Translations under genes and position numbers: made by a program
In this document: piece after piece, positions 39,641 to 53,514 of the stretch
Layout of the letters: each line of letters opens with the position of its first letter
How positions within the stretch are numbered: position 1 is the stretch's first letter
DNA from: Octopus bimaculoides
Taxonomy: Eukaryota
Reading direction: 5' to 3'
DNA length: 64,000 bases
NCBI RefSeq assembly: GCF_001194135.2
Contig: NC_069000.1
Location: 2,726,009 to 2,790,008 of the forward strand
The notes under the pieces: model-generated
The model's database searches: none
Seen by the model: the letters and a program-made list of their open reading frames with translations, nothing else
Told to the model about the DNA's origin: nothing

Positions 39641-42600
39641 ATATATATATACATATATACATATATTTATAGCACGTATAAGATTGTACATTACGCAAAA
39701 ACACGTACATAAGCTGGTCTATTGACAAAGAAACGAATTGTTAACCTTACAATGAATTATTGAAGTATCAAATTTGTTAAGGATACAGACATTGAGCAAT
39801 ATATTTCATTATAAATAACAGATGAGACCAATCAAGAGCTTGACAGTATGAAGTATATAAGATTACGTTCGAAAGTAGAAGCGAAAACATATTATTTTCA
39901 AAGTTTTAAGCTGACGACTCGATCTTATTTTCACGTTAGTGCTATCTATCTTCGCATCTAATCCAGTATAATATATGGCTAACCACATTTACATTACCTT
40001 TTGTTTCTTATGTGCTTGTTAACAACAAACACTGTTATCATGCATTTTTAATCATGATAGCTTACCAGATCGTTGATAAATGGATACTACATAACGATGA
40101 TAGACATTCCAGGTTTTATATTTATATATCGTATCAATATTTAGATTATACATGATTCATTGATATTCAATAGCAGAAATCTGTGCTAAATTTACATTTT
40201 TGATAATAATCCTCATTTGCAATGATGTATTGCGTATCATCAACATATATCTAATTTTCACATTTTCGTTGCATCCATGTATTATATGCCGCGCGTATTT
40301 GGGCTTCAATATCAATTAAGACCACTGATTCTCTTGGTGGAGTGACAGAAATAATTTTCACATTTTTCTTGTCGTTTAATAAATTTATTACAAGTATATC
40401 AATCATATAAGCGCCGGTTTAATATATATATAATAACCTACGCAAATTTGGAGATAATGATGTCATTGCGTATTGATGAAATCCGTTTCCATACAAATTC
40501 AAGGACTCATTAACTGTTAAGTATAACAGAATCTTGGCATATGCATGGAGATACATTTCCCTGATGTGAAAGAATAATAAGTGAATATGTATGGAAATCG
40601 GCATTGCAAATTCATCTGGTATTCTTCTCCTTTCTCACTAAATGCTGTGTCCAGCATTCATTAAATCAGCTGAGAAGTACTCTAGTTTGGAAACCCTGAT
40701 TTGCATCACCTTTATTATTAACATAATAATTACAATTTCCTTTCAAAATTCATCTAAGAGATAAGTAGCCATTCTACTGAACATCAAAACTATAACTTTT
40801 GCAAGCGATCTCTAAAATACATTCTAACATCGAGACAATGCTACAAATTTGGTTCGAGATGTAATGTGAGTTGGATTTGTCTGCTGCTGCTAAAGTTATT
40901 ATTTTAATCTCAGAAGCCTCTGTTCACATGAGGAATTCTACTCTCATATGATCCCCTGATGCAATATTTAAATACCCTGCAACTAAATTTCTATAGGGTC
41001 ACACGATCTGCTATAAATATATCAACCAAATCTTTCTCAAATCATACACTGCCGTCTTGAATAATTAAGGAGTTACAGGATAATGTGGACTTTCATATAC
41101 ATGAAAGACAGATTGATTATAAGTCTAGTGAATCTAGCTTGACCTAAGGTTAAGCCACAATAACAACAGTAACATTATTCTTAAATCATTAAGTACTTTA
41201 TCGACTGCCTATCGTGTGAGATATTTTTTAAACATACATTCTACTGAATAATTTTCAAACTAATATACTATTGCTTAATGCTGCGATATATCTGCATTAT
41301 TTTTATTATTTTCAATATAAAGTAAAAACAGTGTATCTGTTACAGTGACACAGCGATCGGCTTATCTGAATCTATTGCTGTCAATTTGACTGGTCGTCCA
41401 GCGACACTTATGTGTCAGGAAAGTTACGAGAGATAAATTGCGACTAATCTTTGAATAAATTTGTTTTCGTCTCTGATACAGCATTCAACTATCTCGAAAT
41501 AATCTTCAAGATAAAGCCATATATTGATAAGAAGATTTACTTGTAATCCTCTCTTGAATACTGAATGCACTCTAGTTATCTATTCCGTGACTCTCATTTC
41601 CATGAAACTATTCTTCTGAACCATATTGATACATATTTTATTGAAGTTTTACGGTTTGTCATAAATACATTTTCTCATTTCGAACGCCGGATTTAATAGC
41701 TATTAAATGGATTTGCCAAAATTTCTTTAAAATTTTGCGTTGGACGACTTTGATAACAAAATGACAATTAGAATCTATCTATACCATTTCTATACCATTA
41801 AAACTGAGACTCAGAGAAACTACACTAAATACTCTTTCTCCGATTGCTAGTGTTGTAAATCACAACATGATTTTACAGGAATATAGAAACAATTATCACG
41901 TTTAAAAGTTCCCGGTATAAAACTCCAGAAGTTCTTCAAAAATGTTATTTAACTTTAAATTATCAAAATTCTAATTAATATTCTAAAGTAATAGACATTA
42001 GTCGAGCATCTTGACAGTTCCGCCTTGCAGCATTTCTTAACTGTAATAACCCATAGTCTCCAAAAGAAAACACCTGTTTTTCCTCTAAAAATAATTCCTG
42101 TCACTATTCCAGTCTAATTTAAGTTGAAACAGAAATAGTGAAGCACCCAACAACTAACTAGGATCGATGTTGCTAAAATTTAGTGGCCGCATGAGAACGA
42201 GTGCATTCATTGTGTTACATGAATATACGTGTGTGCGTGCACGTGTGTGTTACAAATATTCCAAATACAATTACATTGGAAATTTCTAGCAAAGTGGAAT
42301 CACTCATCGGTGGCAGCTCTAAGTCACGTAGAAACTTGAACTATTTGATTGAACTCTATGCTTCGGCACTGAAAAACATAATGGTGGAATATATTGTCTG
42401 AAATACGTACTTTGGTAACCGAACGTACTCAATCCATGTATGTGTGTATCTGTGTGTACACACACACACACACACACACACATGTATATACCCCGTGACC
42501 TTACAAATTTACATATCTGTCTCCGTGAACACGCACACATATATATTGATAAATGAAGAATATGTGATCAGTAACAAACCAATTAACTAGAAATAAAGCA

Positions 42601-43919
42601 GAAGCATCTAGAAATTTAAACACATCTCTCTCTCTCTCTCTCTATTGATCTATCTATCTACACTCGCAAGCATATTTATCAATACTGAATATATATATAT
42701 GTATATNNNNNNNNNNNNNNNNNNNNNNNNNNNNNNNNNNNNNNNNNNNNNNNNNNNNNNNNNNNNNNNNTATATATATGCGTGTGCACACACGCATGAA
42801 CGCACATACACGACGCACATACGAAGAGAAACATAAATAACTGGAAGATGGAATTTGAATATGATTATTGAATTATTCATAAGAATTGCTTACTGTTTGC
42901 AATAGTTCCATAATTTGTTCGATTTTACTTTTGGTAGCAGCACAAACTTCAAAGACAATTTTCTTTGAAACCGTTATCACAGAACCTTGCATGAATGCAT
43001 GTGCATATACATACACATATGTGTATGCATGCGCTTATGTATTTTTGTATTATATATGTGGTATGTGTATGTGTTTGCGTATTTCTATTATTATATATGA
43101 ATATACAGATGAGATTATGTGTGTGTGTCTGTGTGCCTAAGTTTTTGTAAGTATATGAATACAATGCTATATATTTATCCCGCTATCATTTTCTCTGTCT
43201 TATGGTGTATTTTATCATAGACGTGTGTATATACATATATATGTGTGTGTATGTGTTTGTGTGTGTGTATAAATTTATGATGTTTGATTTATAAATACAC
43301 GAATTATTGTAGTTCTTTGATTTCTGTTTATTATTCACCGAATATAGATTCGAACATAATCATTTAACATACAAAATATTATTAACGTCTTTTGAATGGA
43401 ATACTAAAATATTTCCACAAAGACATTTTATAACAATATTTTGGTACTTAATCGACCTCTCAAGAATGAATTAAACTGAAATTCTTTAAAATATATAATT
43501 TTCTGTACTTTAATTTAAAAAAAAACAAGCGTATCTATAACTACTAGACTTAATTTTTTTCATAAAACTTGTATAGATCAACGGCGTTGCATTCAAGTCG
43601 GTATATATTTAATCTGTACTTGTATAACATGTTATTTCTTTTTAAATGATTCACATTAAGAGGAAGCAACATGTGGATCCTCGGTTGATTTGAAAAGTGA
43701 ACTGTGTTTCATTGCTTCATTCATTTTTTTTCAGTTGAATTGACTGGAAAAACATGAGGTGAAGTACCTTGCTCAAAGATTCAATATAATAGCAAATCAA
43801 TAGATGGAAAAGAAGTGTTTACGATCATGAATTCAAGAGCTTTATTTTCTGCCTACGCATTTTCCCATGAGGGAAATGATTATAATGAAAGAAATCAGCT
43901 GATATGTCGTAAATTATGA

Positions 43920-43971
<52 letters not shown>

Positions 43972-44057
43972 CTTGGAGATATCGAGTTTGAAGTTTCTAT
44001 TTCTTTTAAATATACGAATTTAAAAGTTAAAAACCTTGAAATATATATATATATATA

Positions 44058-44620
44058 CTTAGATATGTTTCGACCAAAGATTGGTCCAGGCCATATCTAA
44101 ATTAATAGCACCACCTGATAGGATTATCTAAATCCTTTTAAGCCAAGTGTTGTGGTTTCATGGTCCATTCGAGTAGGGAGTTTTTATTGAGTGAGTTGTA
44201 TCCAGGTATAGGTAGCTTATCTGGTATTCTTTGATGAAATTTGTCCAGATACCGTTTCAAGGTAATAGGATCTTTTTTCTCTTTTATCTGTTTCGGGACA
44301 ATGTTAAATAGGGCAGGGCCTGTTGAGGAAAATAAATTGTGTTGCAGTGTATTTATGTGTTATGATAATGAATTGGGAAGGAGCTGTGGTCCTAGCCTTG
44401 GACGAAGTTTGAAGCTAATGTTGAGGTTGTTTGGTCAATGCTGGTCGTATATTTTCTACATTGTGCAAATAATGTATTGCTTACGGCGGGGCTGGAGAGA
44501 ATAGAGTTTCAATACTTGCTGCTATGATGTCTGAGGCAGTGAAGATTATGCCCGAGATTATATGTTGGGAATCGACTTAGTTCCCATCTCTTTCATCAAT
44601 ATCAGTAGGATCATTAAAGA
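44058..44620 (-). mobile_element. CR1/L2-group LINE 3' end
   Basis: Minus strand gives LKLYSLQPRRKQYIICTM*KI...GPALFNIVPKQIKEKKDPITLKRYLDKFHQRIPDKLPIPGYNSLNKNSLLEW, with three stops. The tail is GGTGGTGC..ATATGGCCTG-GACCAATCTTTGGTC-GAAAC. Confidence 0.85.
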
Positions 44621-44793
44621 CAAAGCAATATTGTTTTTGCGGCACTTCTGCCATTTCTCTGTTAGAGAATGCGGTGGGTATTTTAAATGATTGTAAATAT
44701 TACCTTTCAGTCGATGATGTTAACCAGATCTAGATTGTATCAGTAATTACCGGAATTTTAAATCAATAATATTTTACGTTATATACGTGTGAC

Positions 44794-44824
<31 letters not shown>

Positions 44825-44895
44825 GTGTGCAGAGAGCACTAGATAGATATTGATAAGTACTCCCTGCCCTTTCTCACTCTCTTTCTCTTTTTCTC

Positions 44896-44933
<38 letters not shown>

Positions 44934-45416
44934 GCGAGAGAGAGAAATAGATAGATATACATACATAAATACGTATACACACACCCGTAGTACACACAGA
45001 GATATACATACATATATGAGGAAGAGAGAGACAAAGAGAGAATAGAAAATGTTAAACGTTGATAATGACTATAAGGAATACCGCTCTGAATATAGCTATA
45101 AGGAATTAGCTTGGAAAAATGGCCCTTGCAGCATCTTCTCTCAGTTAATTATATGATGTTGAGGATCTCTAAGAATGTTATTTGTCTATTTCTTTTTCGT
45201 TTCCTTATGAACATTTTGCTTTCACGTTAGTTTTGAATTTCCCATTTTTTTGTAAAATTTCTCATTTTTGTTTTCGTACAATGTCTGTATGGCGTTCTTT
45301 TGTAATTTATACACAAAACTTGTAGATGCAACGTCATATACTCCCCGAAGTCTGTTGACATTCTAGATACATAAGCCACATCTTTTGTGAAATTATATGA
45401 ACTTGTACTTTTTTTT

Positions 45417-45451
<35 letters not shown>

Positions 45452-45452
<1 letters not shown>

Positions 45453-45625
45453 CGTTGTGGTGTGTTTAAGAATTTCGTTTCACAATCATGAAATTTCGTG
45501 TTCAGTTCCACTGCACGGCACCTTAAGNNNNNNNNNNTCCACTGCACGGCACCTTAAGCTGCGGGTTCACAATTGGCTTGGAAGTAGATTTGGTAGACAG
45601 AAACTGAGGATGTCTGTCGTTTATG
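45452..45625 (+). mobile_element. SINE family 2, 5' half (spans a 10-N gap)
   Basis: GTTCAGTTCCACTGCACGGCACCTT..GATTTGGTAGACAGAAACTG. Confidence 0.6.
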
Positions 45626-45865
45626 TGTATATATATATATAGGTTATGAGAGGTAATGATGTCAATAAGATCCAAAGGTGTCAGGAGGTAATGCTGAGTA
45701 AGTGCTATGGATAGACTATAGTTAAGCTCCAGGTCCGGTGATTATGCGAATGAGGAGTCCAACGTAGGTCATATATCAGCATGTGTATATATATATATAT
45801 AAAAAAATCCAAATGAGATAAAAATCCAAGGCTGTGAAAGATTTCAGAACATTTATAAAGAGAAG

Positions 45866-45913
45866 GTTTAACAGCTGTTTCCGGGATATTTTATATATCT
45901 CTTCATCGGAGAC
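45866..45913 (-). ncRNA. Decayed minimal hammerhead motif, same family as 62036-62084
   Basis: Minus strand reads GTCT-CCGATGA-A-GAGATAT/ATATCCC-G-GAAAC-AGCT-GTT-AAAC. It shares ACAGCTGTTT and CTTCATCGGAGAC with the 62 kb copy and has mismatches in stems I and II. Confidence 0.5.
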
Positions 45914-46086
45914 GGTGTGAGAATATGGCTAAGCAATAGTTATTCTAGATAAGATGTGAAATAGAGAGTGAAGTGGAGGAATGAAAATAGACGTGAGATA
46001 TGCAGGGATATTGCCTCTATTTACAGAAAAAGCAAAAACTATTGGAGTAATTTCCCTTTATTCAACGGTTTTTTTTCATAGCGTTA

Positions 46087-46159
46087 TGTCTTACTAACTG
46101 ATGAGATGCCGGAGAAGACTTCAGCCCCGGTATCCGAAACTCTGAGTTTTATTATGACA
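46087..46159 (+). ncRNA. Type I hammerhead ribozyme motif
   Basis: Stem I TGTCTTACTAA/TTATTATGACA (9 of 11 pairs), core CTGATGA at 46098-46104, stem II GATGCCGG/CCGGTATC, then C-GAAAC, stem III ACTC-T-GAGT with a 1-nt loop, and a GUU cleavage triplet. Confidence 0.7.
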
Positions 46160-46175
46160 ACAAACTATTTGTCAC

Positions 46176-46210
<35 letters not shown>

Positions 46211-47861
46211 NNNNNNNNNNNNNNNNNNNNNNNNNNNNNNNNNNNNNNNNNNNNNNNNNNNNNNNNNNNNTATATATAGAGAGATAGAGAAACAGATAGA
46301 TAGATAGATAGATATATAGATACATACATACATACATAGACAGATAGACTGATTGATCTAGCAGTTATGAAACACACGAATTTCACCGAAATATGTTGGT
46401 TTAATTTTTTTAAATGTTCACTTACTTCTGTGTGTAAGTGTATATACGTATTCTCCTATATCAGGAAATACCTTATGAAAATATATTACGTATTCTCACG
46501 CAAAATTAAGCTCAGTCCTTATTGAATATATATTATGTTGGTTATAGAAATGATTATTTGAATATTTGGGTAAATGTTTGGAATGTGACAACGATTAAAC
46601 AACATATCTGCGTGCGATGTTAGAAAATCAAGGACCGTTGAGCTGGAAAACCTGCTATAATAGTTTGCATTTAGTCAAGTTGGTTCTATATGTTTGTCAA
46701 GATATTACAGCTACAGTACATTACATAGATTCTAAATCGAGATACAATTCCATGTACAACGCATTGCGTGGATATGATATAAACAGCAAATACATGAAAC
46801 TGATCGGAGCGGTTTTTATTGGATCTTCAAAGGAATAGTTTGCATTCCGTGTCAGAATGACATGTGCTCATAATTGAAACTGGTTCTATCTGAATCAACT
46901 CTATTGAAATAGTTCTCTAATTTAATTGCATGTCAGAAGGAACCGAGAAATCCATGGCGAATATATTAATTCTTTAAACACTCTGCTCTGTATAAAAATA
47001 TATTTACAGAAAAAGCAAAAACTACCGAGAGAGAGAGAAAAAAATTAAATATCAGTAAAAAGATAAGGCAAACGGAAGAAGCATCATGATGAAATGTAGA
47101 AATTGTACTGAGAGGTTCAAATACATTACACAGGAATGTAGAATGTAAAGGTTAACGGCGATTGATTACATTATTCTAAACAGAGTGGAATGTTAGCAAG
47201 GGAAGCAATGAATCACATGTCAGCGTGGATAAAAGAATTAGCGCTTTTAACTTATTCATATATATGGATATGTATATATATTTTTACTTGGTGTCTTTTC
47301 AAAGATAAGATGATACATTAATGCTAATGCATAGAATTTTACAATGTTAAATAACACGATAGCCAATCATTGAAAAAATATAAAAAATAGAAGTAGATTA
47401 AAAACGAGAGGGAGAGGGAGAAGATAAATATACATCCGGTTTTGGCAAGCATATAAATTATATTTTCGTTGATATATATGCCATGTTTTTGGATTAAAAT
47501 TCTATTTTAATGCAGAAATAGAATTTCATTCTGAAAAGAATCTACATTAAAAAGAAAAACATGAACAGTAACCACAACAACACTAACAATCATTATTCTG
47601 AATAACGTTCATATAAATATAAACAAGTCATAAAATCACAAAATGAAGAGGCTAATGTTTTCTAATTTTGCCTGCTGTCAAAGAAATTCAGTTAACTATT
47701 TTGATTTCTCTACTCTGGGTTGTATAAGGTCGGGTAAATATAGAAATAGACACTCGAGGATAAAAAAAAATTATTATTAGCATCGACTTGTAAATGACAA
47801 GAGGAGCAGTAGGACTATTTTAACATTTTTATGTGTGCGCGTATATATGTATATATGTTTG

Positions 47862-47933
<72 letters not shown>

Positions 47934-50528
47934 GTATTGTCTTGGTGTGAACGACAAATGAGGATTCAGTAAAATGAGGTCTTAATTAAGTTCCATGGAC
48001 GCGAATGTGTCCCTTGAAGTCTGTTGCTGCTTTGGAAGGCTTTTCAGAAATGGATCAAAGTGAGTACTTAGTTTGCTCGAGAGTTTGTGGATCATTTACT
48101 ATGTGTTTTCTTGAGTAGTGGACGACAAGGCCTGTTTTGCTTCGTGCCACAAAATAGAGTATAAATATGCTGAGAGACGAAACGCAATATATAGGAACAA
48201 TGCAATGTAGTGTGCAAGAAAGAAAATTATGCTGGTACGAGTATACGATGCGCATGGGCGGCGACTATGATACGGAAAAGTAGCAAGTGTTCCAAATTGA
48301 TGGAGAGAAATTTAAAAACCTAAACCTCGGGAAGAGGTTACAGAAACCCGTGACAAATGATGACAAAAGCACTCTATGGGATGCATTCTCCAACATCCGT
48401 GTTAAAAATAAAGATGGTGATGATAGCTAGTCATGTTGGCATTGATAATGGTGGTAGTTTGGTCGGCGAGTTCGATTTTGAACTAAGGTGGCGTACAGAA
48501 TACATATGTTCGCGTGTCCTATGTGTGTTAATATAATTACGTATTCACACACACGCAGATGCATGTGTGAAACATTTGGAGTATGTTTTTATAAACTTAT
48601 ATATTTAGGGAAGGAGAGATTTGCATTAACATGTATATATGTGTATGTGTCCTTCTCAATTTACGCGTGCATTCCGTTTAAACACACACGTATGTTTGTC
48701 CAGTGTATGTATGTTAAGTATCTGTCGGTGTGTGTTCGTGTATATTGTATTATATCAAATTATATTTATATTGTACTTAATATGTTGTTATTGCATAGAA
48801 TTTTATTTACATAGTTTGGCAAACACAATTTCATGTTAGATAAACAGTGATCGTTTGCTTAGCGGACACGATACATGCAAGGATTTGCATTGAGGAAGAA
48901 GAGTTACGCATGCGTAAGCGTTCCTTTTCAGTCAGAAGCGCGTGTTGTTGTGCACACATTACCATCTTGAAAAACTGCTAATATTCGCAAGTGTGCTATA
49001 TGCATTACTTGCGCCTTTTCTTCGTTGAATATCGAATAAAAGGTTAACAGTCATAGAAACATTTAAATAAACATAACCTGAAATCTGAGAATCATAAATA
49101 CAACAAAGTTTTGAGAGAGCTGACAATCAAAGAGGTAAACTAAATAAATTTATTTATCAAGCAAGCCAACCTGGAATTTGTCAATCTTGTGAATAAGTGA
49201 ATAAGCAGTCAAATAAATCCCCGCAAGTTATATTAAAAGGATGATAAGAATTGCATGATACTGATGCTATAATGTGAAATGGATTCGCCCAGAGCATCAC
49301 ATAGGATATCAATATTCCCGAATGCATCATCAAATAACAATAAATACTATGTTAGAAACAGAGAGTATTATTTACTTATGCATACTTAAGTTGCTACATC
49401 ATTACATAAACATATCATTCATGTTGAATATACGTGCATTATGTATGTGTGTATGTGAGTGTATATATGTATATATACATACAGAGACATAGACACGAGC
49501 ACAGACAGAGGACCCTAGATGAACGTCGTGTTTGTACACTCGTACGTAAACACACGCACACATATACAAATCAATATATTTTAATAAATCTATGTCTTAA
49601 TTTATTTGCGAATGCATAATATATACACGTATTGATATATTGATAAACGGTCTTATAATCTGCTACACAAACATGCACACATAGAAAGTCCCTGAAACAC
49701 ACACATGCATTCATATAAAAAGTCACATACGCACCAGAATCAACCATTGTGATCGGGTTTCACCAGTTGGTTTTCAATCCGTGATCGACTTAGCGCCGCA
49801 TTTTCATTGTTGAATATTTTGAACTAGTTTATGCTAATTGATTTATCTCCCTTGTTTTTCGCCCGCAGATTTTTAAGATTTCGTGAGTGAGATCATGTCG
49901 TATGTTTATCATAATTATATCGACTTCATTTACACCACGACATATCACATGTATGAGACGATGCCTTCCGGTTCTCTTTGTATCCCTTGTGTTACGTATT
50001 AGCATGAACGAATACTTCAGTTTGAAAGAGATAAACTTCACTCTCTACTAGAAGCCAACATTTTGCTTAATTTCTAGCTTTTTGGCCATTTTGTCAATGT
50101 CTAACTAATCCATATGTTGTCATATCTTTAGTTTTACGTGATTATAGTCCCCCCCCCCACACAAGTACACAGACAGAAAAGCACTCACACATACATATAA
50201 CTATATACATATTGATAAAAAAGGGTTGGCAGAGACTTCGGTGTGTAGGACTTATAATTTTCTTATGACTGAGCTATAGTTGATATCCAAATCAACATAC
50301 ACCTATTCAAGAATATTAACTTCACAAAAGCTGTATAAAGTCCAAGGAACCCAAATATGATATGTTTAACGAACGCTATATTAAAACCGAAGAAGATACT
50401 ATAATCTGTCTTCTTGTTAAAGTGTAATAAACACATACCTTTATCAAACATTGAGTAACTTTACATTTTAATTATGTGCTTTAACAGAAACAGACTTTGA
50501 TATGCATACAAACAGTTATACAAATGCA

Positions 50529-50566
<38 letters not shown>

Positions 50567-51054
50567 TAATTGCCTCATAAAATTAACTATGCTGGCTCCT
50601 GCGTTATTAATTTCAACATGGTTGACATAAACGTTAAATAAGAATGAATATTTGTCGATCTACAATTTCAGTTAACATGTGTCCGATACATTTTATTGAT
50701 TTATATTTAACCTGAAGATACACATGCATTACGTATTAAGGGTGTGATCATATTTGATATACGTTCAGTATTTTCCCAAGTATACCGGGGAAGAGAAAAG
50801 TGCCTCTAACCAGAAACGGTTAATCCAAAATGAAATCGCGCCATATTGTACGTAGCCTCCAGGTTAAACACTTGCTGTTCGGTACGTGTCAATGTTTCAA
50901 TATATTAGAATATATTAGAATAGTTTGAGATAAGCATATGTTCTGTTGAGTGTAATGGAAGCAGGTAATACGTTGTTAGGCTGCCAGAGGCCTTACAAAC
51001 ACCAAGTGAATTCTTGTAGCGCTGCCTTCAGATGCTTTCCTCCACGTCATTATT

Positions 51055-51165
51055 GTGTTGTTGTTGTTGTTGTCATGGTCATATTTATTATGATTGCTTT
51101 TCATCGAACTGACCTAGGATCAAAGCGTTCCGGCCATGACCAAACTATTTGCTTATTTTTGACAG
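51055..51165 (-). repeat. Unclassified interspersed repeat with a (CAA)n tail; related copies at about 16745-16830 and 18095-18180 in the opposite orientation
   Basis: Shared core GACCTAGGATCAAAGCGTTCCGGCCATGACCA, versus the reverse-complement ATGGTCACAAGCGGAACGTCTTTGATCA and GGCATGACTGGAGTTTTTATGATCA. Confidence 0.5.
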
Positions 51166-52462
51166 TCATAATACAATCCAAGCTTCTTGGATTGTATCAT
51201 GAAATATTACTTTTCAATGTATACGATTCGTGTTCGTTTAACTCTTATTACTAGCGAATCAAAATTTTGACTTCGAAATCGCCTTCTTATTTCTGGCAGC
51301 GCTGCATTCCTATTCCTCTACTGATATCACACTTCTTGTTCTTTATTCGGAGTTAGACTTGATCGAACAGTTCACAGCTACTCTAGATGCAACTATTCCG
51401 CTTTTAAAATTATCAGAATATATAAACATCTCTCTAAAGAGTATTTCATGTTTTAAGATGATCGTCGAGTAACTATTAACAAAAATTAGCGGCTAAAGCG
51501 TAAACTTATTCTCGTTCATGTATATAGGTATTGTTTGTGGGCAAATGATCTTATTCTGGTTTACCTTGTTAGAACTCCTCCTCTGAGCTATCCTAGACTA
51601 ACGACTAATCTCCAAACGTTTGCAATCACGCATCGAAAATTTTCATTAAGAAAGCGCTTATCAAGCATGGACCTTTGACATGACGGCTGGAATAAACAAA
51701 ATTAAACATGAATATACATCATGCAAATGCAGGGATTTCTCATTTCCTTTGTACTTTTCTCTTTTATTTCCCACGCTAGCAGCAATAGGCAAACAGTGTT
51801 AATTGCTTAAGAATTATTTCAACTAAACAACGATTTTTACAATGGTTAGTAAATTGATGCTGTTTATTGTCCATTCTCATTCTATATCTCTTCCCTCCCA
51901 CCATCGTCCCCCTCCTCTCCCTCTCTTTCTAGTATTTCTTTCCGTAATGCCATTTACTTTAAACAAGACTTTAGCAACTTAAGTTTGTAAAGATTATTGG
52001 CAAATTGCCACGAAACATATATGAATAATGTCGTGCTTCTTTAGTCGTACAGCTTCCTCTTTAAGCACACGATTAACTTGGCACTTGCACAGCAGTTTAA
52101 ACGTATTTGAAGATATAACGCTTTATTAGATTCGAATCTGAATCATGTCAAAAAGCCAGATATGAAAGCGACAAAAACAAATGAAACATAACAATCATTG
52201 ACAATAATTGCAGATACTTAAACAGATATACGAGAAGAGGGCATTCACACACAAGGGAGAATTTTCTGATATATAAGTAAGGTTAGAAATAGTGTTTCTC
52301 TTTATATATTTGTAAGGTTAAAAAGAGTCTTTCTCTTTATATGCTAATTAGGATAATTTGCATATAAAGAGAAACACGTGAATATATACCTGTGTAACCC
52401 ACAAATACAAATATACCTCTTTACATATACTGCGTATATTTTTCACACACACACACACACAC

Positions 52463-52531
<69 letters not shown>

Positions 52532-52620
52532 CGTATATTGTACATACATACGGGTATATGTATATACATGTGCATATCTACACGTATATATACGCATATA
52601 TATATATGCGTATGTGTATG

Positions 52621-52668
<48 letters not shown>

Positions 52669-52982
52669 CGTAGATGCATACATACATGCAAACGTACATA
52701 GAAAGACACACAAAAAAGACATATATATCTTCATATATTCATGTGACGGCTATTAAAGAAACTCTTGAGTTATGTCTCTCTGAGTTTTCAGTTTTAATTG
52801 CCGAAACAAATTGCATTTGGAAGCACATAATTGAGTGAAACCTGTTGACTGCTGCATTTAGCATGGAATTATTTCGAGTGGCTGATTTCATAATTTATGG
52901 ATTAAGTGTCTTAATACAAGCCTAGACGTACAAATACACACGCACACACATAGTTATGTGTGTATGTATGTGNNNNNNNNNN

Positions 52983-53014
<32 letters not shown>

Positions 53015-53464
53015 GAAAGACGAAATTGGCGTCAAATCGAGAGAGGATGCATAACAAGAAGTGGCGTTTCAGAAAGCCGATAAAGTGCAATAATATAGTA
53101 CTAAACAGGAGGGGAGAATTAATTACGAAAAAATTGCACGTAATACGTAAAAAAATATATATATATTGTCGAATGCTGTTCGGTGAGTAGAACTAGAAAA
53201 CTGAAGCAGTAATGGAATAATTCTTCTCTAAATTATTTAGTTTATGGAATGGAAGCAATTATTGCATCATTATAATGTCATTAGTCATTACATAACGGCA
53301 GGTAACAGTGTACCCTTGAAGTTAGATTCCCACGTCGTGCCTCATAGTTCTACAGACATATTCTAATATATAGTACTGTCACCTAGGAAAGTAATATTCA
53401 GACACCTTCACATGTATGCATGCGAGCATGCAAATATACATGGATATATACATACATATACAAA

Positions 53465-53514
<50 letters not shown>

